Source of the DNA: a virus
Direction: 5' to 3' (one strand)
Length of the DNA stretch: 64,000 nt
IMG/VR virus record: IMGVR_UViG_3300031111_000011
Location: 1-64,000 of that record
Shown: positions 34,251 to 42,900 of the stretch, one piece after another
Numbering within the stretch: the first letter of the stretch is position 1
Layout: every line of letters begins with the position of its first letter
Program-made: the position numbers and the translations under genes
The notes under the pieces: generated by a model
The model's database searches: none
What the model was told of the DNA's origin: nothing
What the model saw: only the letters and a program-made list of their open reading frames with translations

Positions 34251-34367
34251 ATGAAGACCCACCGCTATAAGTGTCATAGATGCGGCTACGTGACCTACGT
34301 CACTTACCTGGACGGTGAGGATGGAGTTTGTCCTCATTGCCTCACTCCGATCATTCTACCTATCTAA
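34251..34367 (+). CDS. zinc-ribbon mini-protein (38 aa)
   Basis: CHRCGY...CPHC; last gene before the terminator. Confidence 0.35.
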   Translation: MKTHRYKCHRCGYVTYVTYLDGEDGVCPHCLTPIILPI

Positions 34368-34372
34368 TAGAA

Positions 34373-34409
34373 AAGCCCCCTTCCCTTAACCGGGTTGGGG
34401 GCTTTTTTG
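34373..34409. terminator. bidirectional intrinsic terminator (aagccccc...gggggctttttt)
   Basis: A-tract, 7-bp GC stem, T-tract; separates the + block from the - strand int module. Confidence 0.6.
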
Positions 34410-34420
34410 CGTTCCAGGGC

Positions 34421-34648
34421 TTAGTGGATGGGGTCACCAAGGAACACGTAGAAGGGCAAACCACAATGCTTACACCACGCATCCATGCCCCACGAACCAT
34501 CACCAAGTTCCCGGTACTCACCGACTTCAGTGATCATCTCAGAGCACTGGATGCACTCGATCTCGATGGATGCAACGGACATGTCGTCGGACATGTCCAC
34601 AGTCCCAATTTCCTGGCCGACCACATTAAGAGCTTTGTATTTTGTCAT
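34421..34648 (-). CDS. small Cys-containing protein coupled to integrase (75 aa)
   Basis: ATG overlaps the integrase stop (ATGA); CIQC...CKHC. Confidence 0.45.
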   Translation of the reverse strand: MTKYKALNVVGQEIGTVDMSDDMSVASIEIECIQCSEMITEVGEYRELGDGSWGMDAWCKHCGLPFYVFLGDPIH

Positions 34649-35940
34649 TAGCCCACCTTTCCGAAGAGGGGAATCACCTGGGCTGTCTTGGGTGCGTGGA
34701 CCCCGTCATCCTCCCAAGGATGGAACTGAGCAGCCCACTCATCGATGAGCCTCTTCCCCTCCTCCTTGAGGGTCTTCTCAAAGTGGATGTAGTCCTGGGT
34801 GATCAGTGCTCCCATCTGGATTGGGTCACCCTTCTTCTGGATCGTATGAGAGAGCATCACACTCACCAGACGTTCGTTCCCAGACACCTCATAGAGTTTG
34901 GTAGCCAGAGTGTGTCGGAACTTGTGGAAGGATTCACTCTCCTTCCTACTCTTGCCCTTCTGGACCCCAAACAACAGTTCCCTGGCCTGATTGATTGGTC
35001 GTCGAGAGTGCCATTTGAACCGGAACACCTTACCAGTGTATTTGGCCGATCCGTGTTTTTTGGACTGTACCAATTTAATAGCGTCCTTGACGATCTCAGG
35101 CATGTAGAACCATGCCCACTTCCCGTCATTCGGACCCTTTCGCAGGAACTTGAGGGTTCCTTCCTTCCAGTCGATCCGGTCCCACCACACTCCCACATCC
35201 TTCTTATGGTTCCCGTTCCCAGTGAGTTCATGGACTCGGAACCCCATGAAGAAGCCCAGGCAGACCTGGGCGTAAGCTTCGGCCCATCGGAGTCCATCCA
35301 CCCCCTCAGTTTGTCTGTACAGGAACCGTAGCAGCTTGGCTACTTCCTCATCCGTGAACGTCCGGACATCCTCCATCAATTCCTCCTCAGTAGGTTCGGT
35401 GCTGACAGGTTTGACCAGATCAGCCGGGTTAGCCCCGGCGTACAGACCCTCCCCAAGGGCAAACTTGTACAGGTTCCGGATCGTGCTGATGAAGGCGTTG
35501 ATCGTGGTCGGTGCGTAGTGCCCCTCCTTGACCAAAGCCCTCTGAAACACCCGGAGCTTGCCTGGGGTGATTGCCGCCAGGGGCTCATGTGCGAACCATT
35601 TCTTAAACCGCTGGTTGTACTTGGATTGGTAGTTCGGCACAGCCGATGCTCCCACCTTTTCCATGTGCTCCAGCCACAACTTGTACGCCCGACTGAAAGT
35701 GATCGCTTCGAGCTTGTCCGGGATGGCCTGTCCCAGTTTGAGCTTCTGAAGCATCTTATTCCGCTCCTCCTCAGCGATCTGAAGGGAGAATCCGTTGTCC
35801 TCCCTGCCCACCTGGAACCGCTTGTTCTTACCATCCACCTTCACCATGAAGCTGAAGGTCTTGCCATCCCTGCCGTGGTAGGTGTAACAGCCCCGGTGCC
35901 GCTTGCTTGCTACGTGTGTCCCGATTTTCCCCTTTGCCAT
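34648..35940 (-). CDS. int: tyrosine-type site-specific integrase (431 aa from SD-supported start)
   Basis: C-terminal catalytic motifs R...HKFRHTLAT...LSHT...Y; start set at MAKGK with SD aaaggaggtagaATG (listed ORF extends 23 codons further upstream without an SD). Confidence 0.85.
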   Translation of the reverse strand: MAKGKIGTHVASKRHRGCYTYHGRDGKTFSFMVKVDGKNKRFQVGREDNGFSLQIAEEERNKMLQKLKLGQAIPDKLEAITFSRAYKLWLEHMEKVGASAVPNYQSKYNQRFKKWFAHEPLAAITPGKLRVFQRALVKEGHYAPTTINAFISTIRNLYKFALGEGLYAGANPADLVKPVSTEPTEEELMEDVRTFTDEEVAKLLRFLYRQTEGVDGLRWAEAYAQVCLGFFMGFRVHELTGNGNHKKDVGVWWDRIDWKEGTLKFLRKGPNDGKWAWFYMPEIVKDAIKLVQSKKHGSAKYTGKVFRFKWHSRRPINQARELLFGVQKGKSRKESESFHKFRHTLATKLYEVSGNERLVSVMLSHTIQKKGDPIQMGALITQDYIHFEKTLKEEGKRLIDEWAAQFHPWEDDGVHAPKTAQVIPLFGKVG

Positions 35941-36107
35941 TCTACCTCCTTTCGTGGGGTAACAAACCCCGGTTTGATTGTGACTTTCTTGTGACTTTTG
36001 GCCCGTCATGACTTACTGCAATAATTCAATTTTTCAAGTCTGGGCAAATATAACAACTCCGCAAACCTTTGTCAATAGCGAACTTCTCGTGTGTTATCAG
36101 TACCTTC

Positions 36108-36123
36108 TGCTCACATCTGAGAA
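36108..36123. promoter_or_regulatory. palindromic element TGCTCA-catc-TGAGAA (family copy 7)
   Basis: In the int-structural intergenic region. Confidence 0.45.
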
Positions 36124-36173
36124 GCTCGATTCGTTACCCCTGCGTCCAGAACCACTCACTCTAATTTACTCAA

Positions 36174-36212
36174 TAAAAAAAGGGACATAGCCTATAATTT
36201 GGCTATGTCCCT
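36174..36212 (-). terminator. intrinsic terminator at the end of the minus-strand structural operon (agggacatagcc...ggctatgtccct + T7 on - strand)
   Basis: 12-bp stem; the aaaaaaa on + is the U-tract on -. Confidence 0.65.
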
Positions 36213-36244
36213 CGTGTGTGTTTGTGACCTATAGGTGACTTTAG

Positions 36245-36260
36245 TTCTCAATATTGAGAA
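36245..36260. promoter_or_regulatory. perfect palindromic element TTCTCA-atat-TGAGAA (family copy 8)
   Basis: Abuts the stop codon of the last minus-strand gene. Confidence 0.5.
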
Positions 36261-36587
36261 TTAGGAACCACCCTCTGGTTGGGCAGGTTGGATAATGGCT
36301 GGTGGAGTGGATGGTAGGACAACTGGGGGCAGTTCCTTGACCATCGTGAATCCCATACCCACAAGTCCAGCAATGAAAGCGGCCAGTCCACCGAACAGTA
36401 CCTTCCGCTGATTACCCCGGAGTGTGTCTACCTCACCCCTGAGATCCTCAATGTGAGCCCGGTTGGTCGCGCACCGACTCCATCCACCGTTATTGGCTTT
36501 GGCATGAATCTCATCCACCTTGCTCTGGACAGACATAAGCCTTTCGTCAATGCGAACCAGGAGTTCGCCCATCTCAGCAGGATTCAT
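36261..36587 (-). CDS. membrane-anchored protein with coiled-coil N-terminus and C-terminal TM (108 aa); lysis/spanin-like candidate
   Basis: TM LFGGLAAFIAGLVGMGFTMV then Pro-rich tail; ATGA overlap with upstream gene. Confidence 0.5.
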   Translation of the reverse strand: MNPAEMGELLVRIDERLMSVQSKVDEIHAKANNGGWSRCATNRAHIEDLRGEVDTLRGNQRKVLFGGLAAFIAGLVGMGFTMVKELPPVVLPSTPPAIIQPAQPEGGS

Positions 36588-36997
36588 TACACCCCCTTCT
36601 TGAGCGCCATGAAGTCAGCGATCTTGCGGTAACCGAAAGCAGATCCTACGGCGATGCCGAGCATCCATTGGTACCACTGTGGGCAGGTAGCCAGGGCAGC
36701 AAACCCGACTGTGACCCACCCTGCTCCGGTTGGAAAGAAACAGAGGATGGCAGGAATCGAAAGGACAATGGTAAACCATTCATCCTTCCACCCGCTCTGG
36801 TTGATGGAGGTGTTCTCCCAGGCGATGTCCCCCTGCTGTTGGGTGAGCATCTTATTAATGGTAGCTTCGGTTTTCGCCTCAGTCACCTTGACCTTGGATT
36901 CAACCTCCACCTCTTTGATACGTTGCCGATGTCGGAACCAATCTGTGACGGGGGCCATCAGACCCCCGACCAGATCACCAAGGATCTTACCGACCAC
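36587..36997 (-). CDS. putative holin/membrane protein (136 aa, C-terminal TM helices)
   Basis: Hydrophobic segments FTIVLSIPAILCFF, WVTVGFAALATC, MLGIAVGSAFGY; last of the structural cluster. Confidence 0.5.
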   Translation of the reverse strand: MVGKILGDLVGGLMAPVTDWFRHRQRIKEVEVESKVKVTEAKTEATINKMLTQQQGDIAWENTSINQSGWKDEWFTIVLSIPAILCFFPTGAGWVTVGFAALATCPQWYQWMLGIAVGSAFGYRKIADFMALKKGV

Positions 36998-39900
36998 TTC
37001 GTGACTCCTTCATAGTTTCCTTGATGATGTCGTGACGCTCCAGGATTAACAGGTCGATCTCTTCCCGCTTCTCCTGGGCAGTCATATCCTCATCAAGTTG
37101 GATAGCATCGATTTCCTTATTGATGGCTCTCACCTGTTTCATTGAGGCATTCATCAGTGGTCGGAGTTCGATCTTATCCTGGTTGTTGTCATAGTAGTTG
37201 TCAGCTTCAAGATCATCCTTTGCACTCCAAGATCTGAACGCTGTGTCTACCTCGGCAGCGAGGTCGTAGAACCGTTCGTAGTGCTTGGTGTACCCAGGAG
37301 TGTCGTGTCGCATCATTCCACCATTGAGCAGGTAGTAGTCCTCTTTTACGAGGGCTGGATCGGTTGGGAAGGACATCAGGTGCGGCATCACAATGTGGTC
37401 CGTCAGGGTGAGAGCGAGACGACCCACTGTTGCGAATTGGCTGTTGATGAAGTGGTCAAGGCGCTGTGGTGAAATAAACCCAGTGAGTTTACCAATGCCA
37501 CGAGCGGTCTTGCTGGTGCGGTGAGTCCACTGCATGTCAGGGTCAAGACTCTGTTTGCTCCGACTTACAATAGGAGCCCCCGTGTACCCGTCCTCACCCC
37601 CTTCACCGTCAGTCTGGGCCAGGACTTCCTCCATGAGAGGAGGAAAGCCAACTGCGAAGGTTTCCCGGAGGGTCTTCCAGGCAAACTTACCGACACTACC
37701 GTACTCACCTTCCTGCCAAGCTTCTGCCATGGCAGTTGGGAGTCCACTGAAGATCGCGCCTACCTCGAAAGGCATCGGGATCTGGAAGCGTTCTCCAAAG
37801 GCGTAGACATGGTAGTATCCCCACTTCTGGTGATACGGCAGATCACGATACTTGACCTTACGGTCTTCATCGTCATCGTGTGCCGTGTTCCATGCGTGGA
37901 GTGCCAGGGTCAGAGCCGAGAGCATTGCCCCTTTGTAGAGGATCTGCTTGCGGATCATCCCCAGAGCCCGTTTATCTTTACGGGCTTCACGAGCAAGTTT
38001 GTACAGACCCTGGATTCGAGCGTTGAGGAATGGGACCGTTCTTGTGAATACAGCAACGAATCCACTCTCTCCGCTCAGTCCGAAGTCCAGGATGTCCTTC
38101 GCTTCGAAAGCAGCCTCGAAGGAACTCTTGCCTTGAGCTTTTGTATTCTGGTAGAGGGCAACTCGCGTTGCCGACTCACTGAGCTCCATGAGCTTGCCCA
38201 GTTTACCTTCGCCCTTCATTGCCTTCTTGATTGCCTTCTGAGCACCCAGTGGATTGTCCGCACGGTAGTACCCACCAGAGAACCCACCACCCTGACTCAT
38301 CATCTCGACAACGTCTGGATGATTCCGCAGAGTAGCCCACATCCCCTTAGCCGTATCCACAACAGGAATGAACCCGTCCTTCATCACACCGGTAGCCATG
38401 GTGTCCCTGGTCATGTTTCGAACATGGAACCACGGGTTAGCGGTCACACCAAAGGTGAGCCCTCGCTTGAGTCCACCCATGATCTGGAAGACGGTGTTGT
38501 TCAGCCCCTTATGGTTAAGCTCCGTGAGAGCCTGGAACACATCGTTATCCTCGACCTTATAATACCGGGCCTTACCATCCACCCGAATCGAAATCAGATC
38601 GTTGCGTTTGGCAAGATCCTTCGGGTTACCCAGTACCCTGGTCATGAATGCCGATGTCCCCTTCTTCTCGCTCACCATGCCATTGGCTTTCAGTGAGTTG
38701 TAGAGCTTCTTGCGGGAGATGTTCTTGAGACTCTGGTCGATCAGGTACGTGTAGTTCATGACGAGATTCTCGATAGGATCACCGATCATCCCTTCCTTTT
38801 CACCTTCCTTGAGAGCCTTCACCGTACCCACGAACTTGTCGAGGGCTGTCGGTGCTTGGCTACCAAAGACCCCCTCTTCCTCCAGGTCGAAGACCCGGTT
38901 CAGAGGAATGTACACGTCCTTACGCCATGCCTTTTCCCATTCAGGATTCCAGATACCCGCCTTCCGGCAGAACTCTTTTACCGATTCATTATACTCCTTC
39001 AGGTGAGCCTTGACTTTGTCGTACTCACCGGCCTTGAGTTGATTATCAGCAGCCGCTCTGAGCTTTGCGATCTCAGCGTCAGTGTCGATGCCTTTACCAA
39101 AGATCCCGTCAGCAAACTCGCTACCTTTGACCCGTTTCAGTTCATCCACGGTGTCGGCAACAAGCCGAGCTTTGACGGCTTTCATGGTCTGGGCATCCAT
39201 ACCTTCAAACACACTGAGGAGCCCCTTCGAAGCATCCGGACGAGTAATGACCCAGTGGGTTGCCTTGTTGTACATTGGCTTGCCATGATGCAGGATCGTA
39301 CCCATGATTGCTGGCATCGATTGATGGAGACGACGGGACATGTACGCCGACATCTCAGCACCAACCCCAAGCTTCTCTTCGAGGGTCTTGAGCTTCCGGA
39401 ACCGGTCAACGCCCGTCAGGATTGTCCACTCCTTGAAGGCAGTGGCTGTGTCCACGGGATGACTCACTCCATCCAGGATCTTGGCAGCAGCACCCTTGAT
39501 GGTGTCCATCTTGGTTTTCCCCTCGCTCAGAGCGAGGTTCTTGGTAGCCTCATCCAGATCACGGGCCTTAGAATACTTACCCTTGATCCCTCGATCTTCA
39601 AGATGCTTGCGGTAAAGCTTATCCAACTCACTCTGGTCGCTGTAGAGCTTCTCAGGCAGGTTGAACTTCTTATGGAGTTGACCAATAGGGTCACCACCCG
39701 CCTCTCGTTTGAGGTATTCAAGCGGAGTCAGACCATCATGTTTCCATGGATTTCCTTTCACCTTAGTAGATCGGTGTTCAGTAAGGCCGTACTCGAAGTC
39801 GTATTTAAAGTCCTCCAGCGTTTTTCCTTGGGCTTCGGCAACGACCTTCATCCAGATAGCAGCCTGAACCTCTCTCGGGGACCACTCGTGATCAGTCTCC

Positions 39901-42900
39901 TCGCTGAGTTCATGAGCAAGTTGAAACAGCTTACGACGAGAAGCAGTATGCTCATCAGCCAGGAAGTTGGAGTCCAGAGTGGCAATCTCGAAGTTATGAG
40001 GAGCCTCTTCACCGTCCTTGAGAAGCCCTGCGTCCTTCCGCTCTCTGTACTCAGTCACCTCATTCCTGCTCTTGATGGCTGCGCGTACATTGGAAGCTGA
40101 GAGCAGAACGTGGCCGAAAAAGGCCCGATGCATCCACATATCATTCGTGGTTGCCTCAGTGTCACCTGTGAGAGCCCGGATAAACTCATCGACCTTATAA
40201 TTCTTGCTGAACGTCAGGTCGCCTGACAGAATCCGATCAAGGGCTTTCTTAACATTGGATGGGTATTTGCCTCCTGGTTTGTCACGCTTACCCATAAGGT
40301 AGAGGTACGTGTCCACCGCAAACTGGGTGTTGGTAGTAGCCTTCGCGTTAGGCGAAGTGAGCCCAAGGAGAATGTTGAAGAGAGGGGCATCCTTACCGAA
40401 GACCCTCTTAACTGTCTCCTGGTGGTTACTATACCATGTGACGGCTCGTGGGTTCTCCACGAGAACCTGCTTACACCAGTCCTTGTACTCTTTGTCAGTG
40501 TGTTTAAACTCACTCCACTCTCGCATATCCTTATGGATCAGCCGGTTCTTAGCAACCTCAAGGAGGTTGTCGATGTCCTTCATAGTAAGGGACACTTTGT
40601 CATCCGAGAACCCCATCACCTTTTTCAGCCATGCGTTCATGAACTCAAGGAACTTCTGGAAAACTTGCTTGCGCTTCATCGGGTTAAGTTTTTCGGCCCG
40701 ACGAGCGATCACCTCTTCGACAATGAGTCGGCGTTTCTCGATCTCCTTCTGTTCAGGAGTGAGGTCTTTCCGACCAGCGATATTCTTAAGGTCATCAGCA
40801 TAGAGATCCTTGACCTCCGCGTAAGCCTTCTTGGATTTCCTGATAGCAACATAAGCGCTGTCAAGGAACTCCTTGAAGAGTTTACCCGCCTCGTCCTTGG
40901 TGCTGCGAGTGTCAAACAGCTTGAGAAGCCCCCGGTGACCCACTTGCTCGTGGAGCCACACTTGGGTTGCACGTTTGGTGTCAGACAGACTGTCGGCCAC
41001 AAAGTAGATCTTGTCGGCCTCTTCATCCCACACTGCTTCCACACGGACCCCATTATTGGTGTCCTCTTTGGAGAGACGGTGCTTCTCAGGAAGCTGGTCA
41101 TGAGACTCAACCAATTCAATCTTGGCACCGCGACTACCCACCAGCTTCTGGAGTGTGTGGAGCTTGTCAAAGATCTGCTTTGAGGACTCTTTCTTGAGTT
41201 TACTCCGAGCCATCTTAGCAGCCTTGCTGTAACGAGGATTCCCTTCCTCGTCGTACTTCAGAGGGGTCTTCCTGTCGTTTGTCCCTTCAGGAGCAACATT
41301 CCCCGAACTATCCTCTTCGTAGGTCACACCTTCCTTGAGATCGTGTTTGACTTTAACCTTGCCCGATCCCTCGTACTTCTTCCTACCCCACTCCCTAAGA
41401 GGTTTCTCCTCAACCTCCCAGGTTCCATCAGCCTGTTCCACTGGCTGGTGCGTAAGTGGGTCTTCAAATTTCCGGATAGCTCGTTTGGCTGCTTCCTTGT
41501 TCTTATAGACCTTGCCTACGGTCTTGCTGACCGTAGGGGCTGGTTCGGATGTGACATTCGACGGAACATTTTCAACCTGCTTAGACTTCGGAGTGAGGAT
41601 TTCCTTGGTCTTGTCACCCAGGCCGAGCTCCATGTTGGCTTTCTCAGCCAGAGCCTCAGCGTCAGCTTTACGTTGAGCATCGACCTTCCTGCTTTCCTCA
41701 GCGGCTTTCCGTTTTTCAACAGCAGCTACCTGGGAAGGATGGAGGGCTGGTTTCGCCTCAAGCTTTGCGCCTTCTTTTTGGAAGAAGGCAGCATCGCTCT
41801 TGGCCTTCTGATCCACGACCTTGGCTTGTTGACTTTGTTGTTCTGCCTCGATGCCAGAGCGCACCTCTCCCGCCATCTGGGATTTCTGGACAGATCGTTT
41901 TTGCTCACTTGCCCGTTTAGTAGTCGCTGCTTTCTCAGCGATCTCAGCACGGGCTTTCTCGTTGGCACGAGCTTCACGTTCAGCCTTCCCTCGTGTCGTA
42001 GAAGGGTTCCCAGGTTGTTTACTTGCTTCCTTACGCGCCTGTTCCTGACGAGCTTGAACCTCAAGACGATCCACTTGCTCTTCGAGACGTTGGGCAAGAC
42101 CATCTGTGAGGACACCCATCCGAGGATCTCCAGTGGATGCTTTGAGAGCACTCAGGTCGTACATGACTCCCTTGAGTTTTGGGATACTCTCCTCACCAAC
42201 CACGAGAGCCCGGTGAGCAGCACGGAGAGACTTGGCAGCAGCCTTGTGCTCCTTAACCTCACTACCTTCCAGAGCGGGGAGCATGTTGTGGACAGCACCC
42301 ATCAGCCCTTTCGGAGTAGACACAAAGTCAACGAACTGCTGGAACTTATCTCGTTCCGCAGCAGCAGCGTCCATCTGAGCTTCACGGTTCGCACGTTGAA
42401 GTTGCTCCTCCTGCATACGAGCCTCAGCAGCCATGGTCGCTTCGATCTGGCGCTGACGATCACGAGCAGTCTGTTGACGGGCTACCTCAGCCTCTGCTTG
42501 GAGTTGTTCCTTGGTTTTCGCCTCGACCTTTTCTTCAGTAGATCCTCCAACACTGAAGGCTCCAGCGTCCTCCTCGACCTTGATTCCACCTTGGTCATCA
42601 TCCTTAGCAAAAGCCGTATCCAAATCTTCAGGAACTGAAGGCGCAGTTGTCTTGTTGGTTTCCGCATCAGCATTGGTTTCACCCTCCGCATCTGCTTCGG
42701 TTTGTTTCTTTGCCTTGACATGGGCGATGACATCGAATGGAGCTTTCACAGCAACACCGGCACCTGGGAGAAGCATACCGCCCACTGCACCGATCTTCAT
42801 GCTCTCGTTCCGGGAAGCTTTGAACTCCTCAGAACCTACCACCTCTTTGAAATCGTCAATGAGTTCCCCAACAGGAGCATCAGGGTTGGCCGCATACACA

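Noticed and set aside
34642-35331. Plus-strand 229-aa ORF and minus-strand 144/152-aa ORFs inside the integrase region
   Set aside because: They overlap the integrase gene in other frames; the integrase carries clear catalytic motifs and the others do not.
35941-36009. Longer integrase N-terminus (start at 36009, 453 aa)
   Set aside because: There is no SD before that ATG, whereas a strong aaaggagg precedes Met24; the extra 23 codons cover the AGTCACA repeat region, which is more likely regulatory DNA.
38856-40100. Long plus-strand ORFs (414, 431, 391, 253 aa etc.) between 37500 and 42700
   Set aside because: They are antisense to the 2235-aa minus-strand gene, have no SD, and have low-complexity Ser/Leu/Arg-rich translations typical of antisense frames of a GC-balanced gene.
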